From IMG/VR virus record IMGVR_UViG_3300040771_000271, positions 1-21,235 of that record: a stretch of 21,235 nucleotides of DNA; one strand, written 5' to 3'. Shown piece after piece: positions 7,648 to 17,943 of the stretch; position 1 is the stretch's first letter, and the number at the start of each line of letters is the position of its first letter. The DNA is from a virus. The notes under the pieces are model-generated. The model searched no databases, had not been told where the DNA came from, and saw only the letters and a program-made list of their open reading frames with translations. The translations under genes were made by a program, and so were the position numbers.

Positions 7648-7685
7648 ATTTTATCTATTTTATCTATTTTATCTATTTTGTCTAT
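7647..7685. repeat. 9-bp tandem repeat (TATTTTATC)x3 plus TATTTTGTC
   Basis: Read directly; spans the stop codon and intergenic gap between two genes. Confidence 0.85.
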
Positions 7686-8112
7686 CCCTGCACAAAGTGA
7701 TGAACCCTTGTATATCGTCTCGTAAATCGGATACATTAACAAAACTTTCTTTATAAAATGTTCTTTGGTCTAGAAACTCTTTATATTGTTTTGTTGCGGC
7801 GGCAAATTTATCTGCGTTTGTAATTGTTGGAGGTTTTTCATACATAGGTTTTTCCCCATTCTCAAAAACATACTCATCTTTAACCATTGCAATTGCAATC
7901 CTCATTTTAATCGCAGTCGCTCCTTTATCTGATCGGTTCTCACTGTCTCTCAATGTTTTAGTGTGCCAAGGTCTTAAATCTGCTTTCAAGTCTAAAAACC
8001 TTTGTTGATACTCTAAAAGGGTATCTTTATTTGCGTCACCGACAGAAGTGAAGTTTTTAAAAGACTGTCTAGTATTTTCGTACTCCTCTAATATTTCTTC
8101 TAATGGTCTCAT
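7669..8112 (-). CDS. helical protein, possible UvsY-like recombination mediator
   Basis: 147 aa, predicted all-helical/coiled-coil, similar in size and layout to T4 UvsY, two genes downstream of recA. Function is inference. Confidence 0.4.
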   Translation of the reverse strand: MRPLEEILEEYENTRQSFKNFTSVGDANKDTLLEYQQRFLDLKADLRPWHTKTLRDSENRSDKGATAIKMRIAIAMVKDEYVFENGEKPMYEKPPTITNADKFAAATKQYKEFLDQRTFYKESFVNVSDLRDDIQGFITLCRDRQNR

Positions 8113-8411
8113 TTAAATTTCTTTTTTGGTTTTTCCTTTTCTAGTGTAAAATATTTTACATTTTGAGGTAGTCTTCTGTGCGGGTGTAATGAGTAATCTA
8201 TAAATGGTACTGTTGGAAAATTCCATGTGTCTACTAACTTGATACATAAATCTCCTTTGTCGTATATACACACTCTCCACTCTTTTCCCGCAGGATACTC
8301 GCACCAACACCATACAACTTGATTTTGCTTTAAATGTTTTTTAGCTTTTGAAAATTCAATATATTTAGGTATTTCTTTTTTACTAAATAACTTTTTAAAA
8401 AATAGTCTCAT
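8109..8411 (-). CDS. hypothetical protein
   Basis: 100-aa ORF coupled to recA (TAATG) and to the next gene (ATGA overlap absent, 4-nt overlap). Confidence 0.6.
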   Translation of the reverse strand: MRLFFKKLFSKKEIPKYIEFSKAKKHLKQNQVVWCWCEYPAGKEWRVCIYDKGDLCIKLVDTWNFPTVPFIDYSLHPHRRLPQNVKYFTLEKEKPKKKFK

Positions 8412-9379
8412 TATAACTGCTGTTTTAAAAATTCAAAGTCTTCAGGATTTGCTTTTAAATGGTCTATAAATTTGTCAACTCCTTGTATAGAAATCTCTTC
8501 TGCACCTACATTTGGAAATTTAATCCAAGCTCCTCCTTGTTTAACTACCTCTGTTTCTATAAATACTCTTGCGTATTCATCAATCTTATTAAAACCTCCA
8601 TCATTATAAAAGTTAACTTTAAAAGCTTCAGACCCATCATAAGCACTGTTTTTAGATTTCTTTACTCTGACTTCTATAGTGTGTCCTATAACGTTTTTAT
8701 CTCCGTCTTTAATTAACTCTTTCTTAGTCATATCTAAAGTAGTGTTAGACATTGTTTTCTGCCATTCTCCAGCTGGGAGTACTCTAGGGTCTCCCATAGC
8801 TCCAGGATTTAGTTTATAGCTTGTTAAACCTATAATACAAATATCTCTTGATGAAGCATACCCTTCAATAATTGGCATACGACCCGTATAACGTTTTGCA
8901 GCATTACCTATAGAATTTTCTATGGCAGATTTAGCTTCAATAGCTGCGGCAGTAAAAATTGGAATAGAGTCCATAATAATTATCCCTACATCTTCAGACT
9001 GAGCAAAAAGTTCAGCTTCGTCTAACATATTTTCTAAATTTCTTCCAACAATGTGTACAAATTTATCTTTTGGAATACCCATTCTTTCAAAATAACTTTC
9101 ATTTAAAGTTCTTTCTCCGTCAAAATAAACAGCTACTTTACCTCTTCTTTCAATAGTATCTTTACAAGCAAGAAGAGAAATAGAACTTTTACCTACACCT
9201 CCAGAAGCAATTATCGTATTATAACCTCCATTCATAAAACCTCCTCCTGTTAAATAATCTAGATAAGGACTTCCTGTTGAAGTAGTTGTTCTTACAATTT
9301 TTGTATCTCCTAAAATTGAAACTTTATCCTCTTCTTTTTTATTCTTATTTAATTTTTTTAGTACGTCTTGTAAATTCAT
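8411..9379 (-). CDS. recA: RecA/UvsX-like recombinase
   Basis: STGSPYLDYLTGGG, Walker A GGVGKS, YFDGE, IIIMDSI, GDPRVLPAG, VKKSK, and V.QGGAW. Confidence 0.92.
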   Translation of the reverse strand: MNLQDVLKKLNKNKKEEDKVSILGDTKIVRTTTSTGSPYLDYLTGGGFMNGGYNTIIASGGVGKSSISLLACKDTIERRGKVAVYFDGERTLNESYFERMGIPKDKFVHIVGRNLENMLDEAELFAQSEDVGIIIMDSIPIFTAAAIEAKSAIENSIGNAAKRYTGRMPIIEGYASSRDICIIGLTSYKLNPGAMGDPRVLPAGEWQKTMSNTTLDMTKKELIKDGDKNVIGHTIEVRVKKSKNSAYDGSEAFKVNFYNDGGFNKIDEYARVFIETEVVKQGGAWIKFPNVGAEEISIQGVDKFIDHLKANPEDFEFLKQQL

Positions 9380-9756
9380 TCGTAAAGGTCTCTATGTTTA
9401 TAATTTATTTTTTCTGTTATTTCTTCTTCTAGTTGTTTAAATATCTCCTGTACTTTTAGATATATTTTCATTTCTTTAACTTTTTCTTGTGGATAATTAT
9501 CAAAGTTATAGTGACAATTGTTAATACTATAAATTCCACACAAGTACAAAACATTTAAGTCAGAGCATATTACTGATTTAAAATACTGTTTTGGTAGTAT
9601 GTGTGCTATCTCGGTAGCATTTCCTTTAAGCTGTTCTCCACAATTCTCACAATATTTTGTTTTTGCAATCTCAATATGCTTTTTAAAAAATTCTGGTAGA
9701 CAATCTCTTTCAGTTTTACGTTTCTCTAATCCTTTTTTTGAGTACTTTCTTATCAT
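9376..9756 (-). CDS. Zn-binding HNH-like nuclease (Ref/NinG-like); start revised to the ATG at 9756
   Basis: CENCG...EIAHILPK...NVLYLC...NCH..FD. The track start (9771) lies inside the promoter. Confidence 0.65.
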   Translation of the reverse strand: MIRKYSKKGLEKRKTERDCLPEFFKKHIEIAKTKYCENCGEQLKGNATEIAHILPKQYFKSVICSDLNVLYLCGIYSINNCHYNFDNYPQEKVKEMKIYLKVQEIFKQLEEEITEKINYKHRDLYE

Positions 9757-9760
9757 TATA

Positions 9761-9792
9761 CAAATATACAATTAATATTTTAATTATGCAAA
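9761..9792 (-). promoter_or_regulatory. Bacteroidota sigmaA-type promoter
   Basis: TTTG-N20-TATATTTG on the minus strand. Confidence 0.75.
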
Positions 9793-9807
9793 TTTATTTT
9801 TCTGTTT

Positions 9808-10110
9808 TTATTCTTTTTTTGCCAAAAATAAATTTAAAACATCTTCTATTTTAACATAGTAATTATCATATTTTTCTAGTTGTAATAATTTAAATATCAA
9901 GTAATCTATTTTCTGTTTAACTTGTTGCTCTATAGAGTAGGGATTTATTTCTACGTGTGATTGATGAATTGTTTTATACTTTTCTACGTCAAAACCTATT
10001 TTTATAGATTCTTTATAACCATCTACTAATTCCTGAGTTCTTGGAGAACATATCATATTATTCCCATTACAACCTACATATCCACATCTAGTACATTTCG
10101 CTGCTATCAT
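9808..10110 (-). CDS. hypothetical protein with N-terminal Cys cluster
   Basis: CTRCGYVGC...C at the N-terminus. Confidence 0.6.
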   Translation of the reverse strand: MIAAKCTRCGYVGCNGNNMICSPRTQELVDGYKESIKIGFDVEKYKTIHQSHVEINPYSIEQQVKQKIDYLIFKLLQLEKYDNYYVKIEDVLNLFLAKKE

Positions 10111-10261
10111 TTTCTATATTTTTAATTTTTAAGTAGTTTTGTACAATCTTTGAAAACTCACAAATAGGTTGGTAATCTAATACATCAATTTCATCTAATA
10201 TTTTAAAAGAACCAAATGTAGCTTTTATATTTTCTAATTCTATGTAGTCGTACCATTCCAT
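10088..10261 (-). CDS. small hypothetical protein, 57 aa (MEWYDYIELENIKATFGSFK...), not in the ORF track
   Basis: Fills the gap and overlaps both neighbours. Confidence 0.6.
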   Translation of the reverse strand: MEWYDYIELENIKATFGSFKILDEIDVLDYQPICEFSKIVQNYLKIKNIENDSSEMY

Positions 10262-10515
10262 TGTGTATTGTATTTGTTTATTATATCTTCTTGTTCGGGA
10301 ATTTCAAAGTCTAAATTTTCTCCTGCTAGTTCTATTCTCACTTCTTCTTTCATTTCTTTTTCGGCGATTTTATCTGATAAATCTTTTTTAGCTTTTCTAA
10401 ACTCTCCCCAATCATTATTTAATCTATCAAAAAGGTTCCCTAAGTCTGTAGGTAGTTCTTCTAATAAACCATTGTTATATTTACCTTTGTTTTTATGTTT
10501 ATAAGTATTTGACAT
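10240..10515 (-). CDS. hypothetical protein
   Basis: 91-aa ORF. Confidence 0.65.
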   Translation of the reverse strand: MSNTYKHKNKGKYNNGLLEELPTDLGNLFDRLNNDWGEFRKAKKDLSDKIAEKEMKEEVRIELAGENLDFEIPEQEDIINKYNTQWNGTTT

Positions 10516-10517
10516 AA

Positions 10518-10796
10518 TTATCTAGATATAGCTTCATCAAAAATATATTCCATTTTTTCAATCATCTGCTTTTTTAAATCTTTTAAAACAGTTAATGGGT
10601 TTTGGTTATGAAAATACATTTGGTCAACTTCTGTATTTTTAAGAAGTTCAAAACCTTCTTTTTTATAAACTCTCCCCATTAAATCAGCTACAATTTTTTC
10701 TCTATCAAATTTATCTTCTGTTGTAACTTTTAATCTAATATTTATATACCCGTCATCAGATATAAAAAAATCTTGAGTTATTATCTTTTTTTCCAT
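10518..10796 (-). CDS. hypothetical protein
   Basis: 92-aa ORF. Confidence 0.65.
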   Translation of the reverse strand: MEKKIITQDFFISDDGYINIRLKVTTEDKFDREKIVADLMGRVYKKEGFELLKNTEVDQMYFHNQNPLTVLKDLKKQMIEKMEYIFDEAISR

Positions 10797-10802
10797 TTTG
10801 TT

Positions 10803-12194
10803 TTATTTTTTATTCCAAATTAAATTTAATTGTCTTTCTAACTCTTTATTTGAATGTTTAAATCCACAGTCATATAAATACTTTAAGTAATGTCTTTTTC
10901 TGTAGTACAAATATTTTATACTATAATTTTGATTTACACCGAAATCTAACTTCTCTGTTCCTGGATTATACTCTCCAAATACATACTCTATATTTATTTT
11001 CCCGCCGTTTCTAAGATAGTCTTTAGTAATTTTTTTATCCAAACCTAAAGGTACATCTGTTATGATTTCATCACCTTTAAATAATCCCCATCCATACCCT
11101 TGTATGTAATCATAATTTAGATTATGTACGTGACCATGTCTTTGATAATTACCTACGAAGTCTATAATTCTACCTTCTTTTTTATCTTTATGTTTGCGGA
11201 CAATTCTGCCAATTTTTTGAATATAAATTCTTATTGAATTACTAGCTGTACAATCTATAAGGTTTATCATTGTGTCCTTATCAAATCCTACTAGTAAAGC
11301 CCCAACATTTATCATAACTTTATAATTACCACCTTTAAATCCATCAACATTTTCTTTTCTTATTTTTTTATTCATCTTAGAGTGAACAAAAACTGAATTA
11401 GGAATTAATAATTGTAATTCTTCTGCATCATAAATACTTGGCACAAAAACTATAGCATCTTCTCCTTTAGGTAAACGGCTTAAAAAATTTACAACTTTAT
11501 CTTTTAATTTACAAGCTTCATAAAACGATTTCTGAGACTCTTCTGTAAATTCTGAGCCCCATTTATTAAGTTCAAGTAAATCTTTCTTAGAAGCATCAAA
11601 AAGGTCAAAATACTTGATGTCTGACCAATACTTATTAGCCACCATATAATTAATATCTACAACTTTACATATTTCGTTAAAATATGCTCCTTTTACTTGA
11701 GTCATAATTCTTGAAACACTACCATCTAAAGTGTTTTCCATGTATATTGCAGAACCTGTTAAGCCTAAAACTGATTTTACTTTTAATTTTTTAAGTAGTT
11801 TAATTAACTCTGAAGTTGGCTTACTTGCATGGTCACACTCATCAACTATTACGTACTTTATATTTAACTCTCTAAATACTTCATAAGTTATAGATTTTGG
11901 AGTGCCATATATTAAATTTCCTTCTGTTTCTTTTCTTTTCGCCGAAGCAGAGTAAACAGAAGGATAAATACCAAAACTCTCTATTTTTTGAAGGTTCTGC
12001 TCAAGAATTTCAACATTTGGAGAAAGAACTAAAGTTTTACCATCTGTTAATCTTTTTGAAATCTCAGCAATTATTAAACTTTTTCCAGATGAAGTTGCCG
12101 CAATTAAAACAGCTCTCCTTCCTTTTTTATCTGTTAAAACTTCTAGTCCTGCTGTTATACAGTCTTCTTGGTAATGTCTTGGTTTGTAAACCAT
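10803..12194 (-). CDS. superfamily 2 DNA helicase (UvsW/RadD-like)
   Basis: PRHYQ Q-motif, ATSSGKS Walker A, VIVDECD, LGLTGS, LLVGFD and QKIGRIVR. Confidence 0.9.
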   Translation of the reverse strand: MVYKPRHYQEDCITAGLEVLTDKKGRRAVLIAATSSGKSLIIAEISKRLTDGKTLVLSPNVEILEQNLQKIESFGIYPSVYSASAKRKETEGNLIYGTPKSITYEVFRELNIKYVIVDECDHASKPTSELIKLLKKLKVKSVLGLTGSAIYMENTLDGSVSRIMTQVKGAYFNEICKVVDINYMVANKYWSDIKYFDLFDASKKDLLELNKWGSEFTEESQKSFYEACKLKDKVVNFLSRLPKGEDAIVFVPSIYDAEELQLLIPNSVFVHSKMNKKIRKENVDGFKGGNYKVMINVGALLVGFDKDTMINLIDCTASNSIRIYIQKIGRIVRKHKDKKEGRIIDFVGNYQRHGHVHNLNYDYIQGYGWGLFKGDEIITDVPLGLDKKITKDYLRNGGKINIEYVFGEYNPGTEKLDFGVNQNYSIKYLYYRKRHYLKYLYDCGFKHSNKELERQLNLIWNKK

Positions 12195-12196
12195 AC

Positions 12197-12460
12197 TTAA
12201 ATATTTTTAAAGTTTATTCCATCTTTAAGATATTTGATAGTCAAATCACCTTTGTTTTTTTTATTCTTTAAACTTGAATGTATCTCTCTGTACTGTTTTT
12301 CAACTTGGTTGGCATAATTATTTTCATCCCCCGCCACAACTATGTAAGTTGTATCTATAAGACTTTCATAGGTTGTTATTATTGTAGAAGGTAATTGAGA
12401 AGCATATTCTTTTACATCTCCTACTATTTCTATAAAATAAACTGGTCTTTCTATTATCAT
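12197..12460 (-). CDS. hypothetical protein; start revised to the ATG at 12460
   Basis: The track start at 12487 overlaps the promoter -7 box; the ATG at 12460 has an A-rich leader. Confidence 0.6.
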   Translation of the reverse strand: MIIERPVYFIEIVGDVKEYASQLPSTIITTYESLIDTTYIVVAGDENNYANQVEKQYREIHSSLKNKKNKGDLTIKYLKDGINFKNI

Positions 12461-12476
12461 AATATTTTTTATTATA

Positions 12477-12508
12477 CAAATATACAAAATTAAAACTTAC
12501 TACACAAA
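12477..12508 (-). promoter_or_regulatory. Bacteroidota sigmaA-type promoter
   Basis: TTTG-N20-TATATTTG on the minus strand. Confidence 0.75.
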
Positions 12509-13668
12509 TTTAAATCCTTTATTTTTTCTTTATATAAAGGGTAATATTTTTCAATCGTCTTTTTGTTTTTACAACTTATAGTTGTTAGTTTTAACTGTGT
12601 TATTTTACCAAGTTTAGTAAAATCCCAATTATTAATAAAGTATAGAAGCTCACTTTTTGTTTTATCAACCTTATCTTTACCAATAGCTTTCATATTTTCT
12701 TGTCTTCTTTGAGTAGTTGTCAATTCATAATCAGGATTATAAATAAATCTTCTAAATTCATTAGGATATAATTTTATATTCTCTATTCTAAAAACAGAAT
12801 CTAAAATAGACCTTATTTCGTCCTCTCTTAATTTTGGCTTAAATTTAGCTATATTTATAGCTTCTAAATAACTATAAATTATATTTTTTTCTACTTGTGG
12901 GTTTAAACCTTTTATAAAATAACATATTTTATTCATTGTTGTATTTCTATGACCATCTTCTACATCTTTAAAAGGTGTCATAAGTTTTATATACCCTAAT
13001 TTTTCTTTGCCATAATCTTTATATAGTTCTCCATTAAAATCAATATCTTTAGTAACTTCCCAAAAGTTATCTTTTATTATTTTACCCCCATTACAATCGT
13101 TACTAATTATATTATAATGTTTAGTATTGTAGTGGGGGTTTTTTAGCACTCCACTTTCATACAGAAAATAAGTATGTTCAGGATTATAATAAGCCTCTTT
13201 GTCATAGCTGATAACGGTTAATCTATCTTTAGATATAGCATCTGTATCTAGTTTAATATCTAATTCTTGAGCAACTGACTGAGTTATTTTTGATACATTT
13301 TCAGAAGTAACACCTATCACACCAACAATTATACTAAAACCCTTGTTTGATATAGATTTACAATAAAAAACAACAGATGGATGGTCTAAATTTATGTTAT
13401 CTACATTATCAATATCTAAATATAAATAACCTGTAGGACTTCCAATATTTTTATTGGAAATATAACCTCTAAAATTAAATGCTGTTGTAAAACAAGGGAG
13501 GGTTCTTTTTATATCATCATATTCTTTTGATTTTCTAGGTAGGTTTCTTATTTCCGAAACCTTATTTAAAAAATCAGAAGAGGGATTTCTAATTCTTTCA
13601 ATTAAGGAATCTAAAGTTAAAGATTCTATAATTTTTCTTTTTTCCCAATTTTCTACTATTTGAAACAT
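12490..13668 (-). CDS. BT4734/VirE-N-family AEP primase-polymerase with PriCT-like domain
   Basis: K.TLPCFT, TGYLYLDID, SISNKG, D..SKDRL..ISYD, followed by GHRNTTM (PriCT-1-like). Confidence 0.75.
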   Translation of the reverse strand: MFQIVENWEKRKIIESLTLDSLIERIRNPSSDFLNKVSEIRNLPRKSKEYDDIKRTLPCFTTAFNFRGYISNKNIGSPTGYLYLDIDNVDNINLDHPSVVFYCKSISNKGFSIIVGVIGVTSENVSKITQSVAQELDIKLDTDAISKDRLTVISYDKEAYYNPEHTYFLYESGVLKNPHYNTKHYNIISNDCNGGKIIKDNFWEVTKDIDFNGELYKDYGKEKLGYIKLMTPFKDVEDGHRNTTMNKICYFIKGLNPQVEKNIIYSYLEAINIAKFKPKLREDEIRSILDSVFRIENIKLYPNEFRRFIYNPDYELTTTQRRQENMKAIGKDKVDKTKSELLYFINNWDFTKLGKITQLKLTTISCKNKKTIEKYYPLYKEKIKDLNLCSKF

Positions 13669-13683
13669 ATATTAAAAATAAAA

Positions 13684-13786
13684 AACCCTAAATAAAAAAT
13701 AAAACATCCAAGGTGGAAACCAATGTTTTAAATTCTATAAAGGGTTAAATCTTTAATAATATTTTGTTTTATTTCAGGGTTTCCAC
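13684..13786 (-). promoter_or_regulatory. structured primase leader with alternative pairings
   Basis: Stems AACCCT/AGGGTT and TAAAACAT/ATGTTTTA enclose GTGGAAACC (13713-21), whose perfect complement lies at 13778-86. Confidence 0.5.
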
Positions 13787-13814
13787 ATCTGCTTTAAACT
13801 ATGATAAAATTTTG

Positions 13815-13888
13815 CTGATTTGAAAGGACTCGAACCTTTAACCTAACGATTAACAGTCGTTTGCACTAACCAATTGTGCTACAAATCA
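13815..13888 (-). tRNA. tRNA-Asn(GTT); CCA not encoded
   Basis: Cloverleaf TGATTTG-TA-GCAC-AATTGGTTA-GTGC-A-AACGA-CTGTTAA-TCGTT-AGGTT-AAAGG-TTCGAGT-CCTTT-CAAATCA-G; G73 discriminator. Confidence 0.93.
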
Positions 13889-14046
13889 ATAATAAAAAGC
13901 TGTGTAAAAGTTCTCGGCTCAACTAACAGCTTTAGGCTCAAAGATACTATCTGAGAGGGGGATACACCGAAATAATTTTAAACTTCTGTTCCGCCGTTTA
14001 ATCTAAATACCATCAAAATCATTTTTCATATTGTCTATTTAAAGTA

Positions 14047-14078
14047 CAAATATAAGAATAAGTTTTTAAATAAAAAAA
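14047..14078 (-). promoter_or_regulatory. promoter for the tRNA-Asn/primase transcript
   Basis: TATATTTG -7 box; TTTT at the -33 position. Confidence 0.55.
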
Positions 14079-14119
14079 TAAATTAAACATTAATTTCACT
14101 AGTTATCTAAACTTTAACA

Positions 14120-14146
14120 TAATAAAGCCCCAAATTAATGAGGCTT
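14120..14146 (-). terminator. probable intrinsic terminator
   Basis: Minus strand AAGCCTCA-TTAATT-TGGGGCTT-TATTAT after the 14163-14417 ORF. Confidence 0.5.
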
Positions 14147-14162
14147 AAAGGTATTCAACAAT

Positions 14163-14417
14163 TCAACAACAATTAAAATCTCTAATTTCTCCTACATCAA
14201 ATGTTTTTGGCGAATGTAAAAATAGATTAGTAAAAAATATTTTTAACACTTTTCCGTAAACAGAAACGTTTACATTATTCTTTTCATATTCTTTAAAAAA
14301 AGAAAAAGAAACAGATCTTATAAAATCTATATTTTCTTCTCTATAATCAAATGAAACATCACTTTCACTTATAAAATAGTTCCAAATTTGGAAATAGAAG
14401 TCTTCATAATCTAACAT
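14163..14417 (-). CDS. hypothetical protein
   Basis: 84-aa ORF with a TATTTTTG box at 14441-14448 upstream and a terminator downstream. Confidence 0.6.
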   Translation of the reverse strand: MLDYEDFYFQIWNYFISESDVSFDYREENIDFIRSVSFSFFKEYEKNNVNVSVYGKVLKIFFTNLFLHSPKTFDVGEIRDFNCC

Positions 14418-14526
14418 TGGTTTTGTTTTTATTTGAGCTACAAAAATAATAAATAACCTTTTAAAAATAAAATAGATTAAATTACAGTATTTAAATGTTA
14501 AAGTTTTGTTATATTTTATATATTTA

Positions 14527-14558
14527 TTTGCAACATAGATATAAAGTTAATATATTTG
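14527..14558 (+). promoter_or_regulatory. Bacteroidota sigmaA-type promoter for the plus-strand arm
   Basis: TTTG-N20-TATATTTG. Confidence 0.8.
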
Positions 14559-14581
14559 CATATATTAAAAAAATAAAAACT

Positions 14582-14953
14582 TTGGCTTTACCAGAAACTC
14601 ACATAAGTAAATGTAAATATAATAACGAGATTGATATGGTAGACACTATATTAACAGTTTATAGCACTATAAAGTTTAAGGGTAAAGACAGGTTAAGAGA
14701 TTTTGAAAAAAATATTTTGATTTATTACATAAGAAAAGGGCTTACAGATGAAACTTTAGAAATGATTTCTGAAGATTTAGATAAAAAGAAAAACTACTTA
14801 CATGGAATAAACAAACATTTAAGAGACAAAGGCTATTTAATTTCTTCAAAAACAAACTTAAGAAAATTTGACTTGAATGAAGATTTAAAAAAACTTAGAG
14901 ATTCTTTTATAAGTAAAAAAATAAAACTATATACATTAGTATTTCACAATTAA
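14582..14953 (+). CDS. possible winged-HTH DNA-binding protein; start revised to the TTG at 14582
   Basis: In-frame TTG after the promoter and an A-rich leader. ETLEMISEDL...NYLHGINKHLRDKGYLI resembles a wHTH. Confidence 0.5.
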   Translation: MALPETHISKCKYNNEIDMVDTILTVYSTIKFKGKDRLRDFEKNILIYYIRKGLTDETLEMISEDLDKKKNYLHGINKHLRDKGYLISSKTNLRKFDLNEDLKKLRDSFISKKIKLYTLVFHN

Positions 14954-14956
14954 AAA

Positions 14957-15442
14957 ATGAAAGATACAAATGAAATATCCTATTCAGAGGACATTGCTTT
15001 AGAAGTTAGTAAAGCTTTAGGATATGATTATGAAACTTGTCTAGGAATTCAAAAAGAACTTTTTAATTTCGCCGTAGAACAAACTAAAGAGAGAGATATT
15101 TACTCAATAAACTTTCCATATCTAGGAGTTCTATATATAAATAAAATATTAGCAAACGGCAAAAGAAAAAAATTACACTATAAATGTAAAGGTAAAGATT
15201 TACCAACAGTAGAAAAAGAGTTAGATTTTTGGAAGCATAGAATAGGAATGATGGACTACTACAGAGATGAAAACAAGCTGTATATAAGAGCTTGTAAACA
15301 TTTTACTCTACCATTTCAAAGTAAATTTGCAAGTATGTTACCAAAATATTACTTAGCGAGTTCATACTCAAGGCAAACAATAAAAACAGCAGATATATAC
15401 GCTGCAGTAGAGACATTACAGAATGAAGCTTACTATAAATAA
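14957..15442 (+). CDS. HU/IHF-like protein
   Basis: N-terminal DIALEVSKALG...LFNF...SINFPYLGVLY resembles the HU/IHF helix-helix-strand pattern. Confidence 0.45.
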   Translation: MKDTNEISYSEDIALEVSKALGYDYETCLGIQKELFNFAVEQTKERDIYSINFPYLGVLYINKILANGKRKKLHYKCKGKDLPTVEKELDFWKHRIGMMDYYRDENKLYIRACKHFTLPFQSKFASMLPKYYLASSYSRQTIKTADIYAAVETLQNEAYYK

Positions 15443-15449
15443 AAATTAA

Positions 15450-17030
<1,581 letters not shown>

Positions 17031-17031
17031 A

Positions 17032-17382
17032 ATGAAAAATATTTTAAGAAAAATAAGCAGAGCATTATTATCAAGAATGTTTCCGCAAAAAGAAACTCCA
17101 CAATATGCACTAGACAGATTAGAAATATGTAAATACTGTTTTTACAACTCTTTAAACTTTAATGAATATACAAAAATTCAAAAGTTAAAGTTGTACTTAA
17201 ATAGAGTTTTAGATTATATTTTCAGAGTTAAACATTTTGTAGGGGTTTGCTTACATAACGAGTGTGGTTGTAATATTAGAAAAAAGGCAGAATGGAATTC
17301 AGAAATTTGTCCTGATGGAAAATGGGAAGAGCAAAAAACATTAGAAGGATATGAATCAGTTTACATACCAAATAAGAAATAA
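17032..17382 (+). CDS. Cys-rich putative metal-binding phage protein
   Basis: RLEICKYC...C....CGC.I..KA......CP.GKW. Confidence 0.65.
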   Translation: MKNILRKISRALLSRMFPQKETPQYALDRLEICKYCFYNSLNFNEYTKIQKLKLYLNRVLDYIFRVKHFVGVCLHNECGCNIRKKAEWNSEICPDGKWEEQKTLEGYESVYIPNKK

Positions 17383-17715
17383 ATGGAAATAGTAAAAATA
17401 TTAAGTCTAGAAAAAGCAAGAGTAGAAAAAATAGATAATTTATATTGGATTTATTTTAATGACTTAAAGTACAAGCAAGACTCAACTATTCAAGTTCAAA
17501 TAGAAGTAGAAATCGACTCAGCAAGACTTAAAGTCGGTTGCCAAGCGTGTACAACTGCCAAAATAATTGGTTCAGAAGAAAATAATCATATCATAGAAAT
17601 TACCTATGACACAACAAACATTGGAGATTTCACAAAGACAGTAACTTTTTTCTACACAAAAGACGAAGTAGAAAATAGTATAGTTATGAAAATATCAGGA
17701 ACTGTAGTAAGATAA
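17383..17715 (+). CDS. DUF1573-like Ig-fold protein without signal peptide
   Basis: VGCQACT...IEITYDT..IGDFTKTVT...MKISGTV resembles the DUF1573 sCGCT...G.F.K.v.V...l.i.G.V pattern. Confidence 0.55.
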   Translation: MEIVKILSLEKARVEKIDNLYWIYFNDLKYKQDSTIQVQIEVEIDSARLKVGCQACTTAKIIGSEENNHIIEITYDTTNIGDFTKTVTFFYTKDEVENSIVMKISGTVVR

Positions 17716-17733
17716 ATTAAAAAATACACAAAA

Positions 17734-17943
17734 TTGAATTATAAAGCAAATTGCCTAGAAGAATTAAAACAGTTTTCAAGAGAAAACGATAGCTACTCAT
17801 TTGGAGATGTATTATTCTCCTTAATACAAAAAATCGCAGTAGAAAATAAAACAAGTGTAAGTTTTCTAAGAGAAGTTACAGATGAAGATTACTTCACTTT
17901 AATTGAAAAGATTAGAATTAAAAAAGCACAGAATGAAGACTAA
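17734..17943 (+). CDS. hypothetical protein
   Basis: 69-aa ORF, TTG start after an A-rich leader. Confidence 0.6.
   Translation: MNYKANCLEELKQFSRENDSYSFGDVLFSLIQKIAVENKTSVSFLREVTDEDYFTLIEKIRIKKAQNED

Noticed and set aside
3691-12271. Plus-strand ORFs 3691-3891, 6860-7240, 8459-8716, 10268-10504 and 11897-12271, and nested minus ORF 8113-8313
   Set aside because: Antisense or alternate-frame shadows of better-supported genes, with no recognisable motifs.
14495-14581. N-terminal extensions in the ORF track (also 9757-9771, 12461-12487 and 17903-17932)
   Set aside because: They overlap promoter boxes or the upstream gene; downstream starts have better A-rich contexts.
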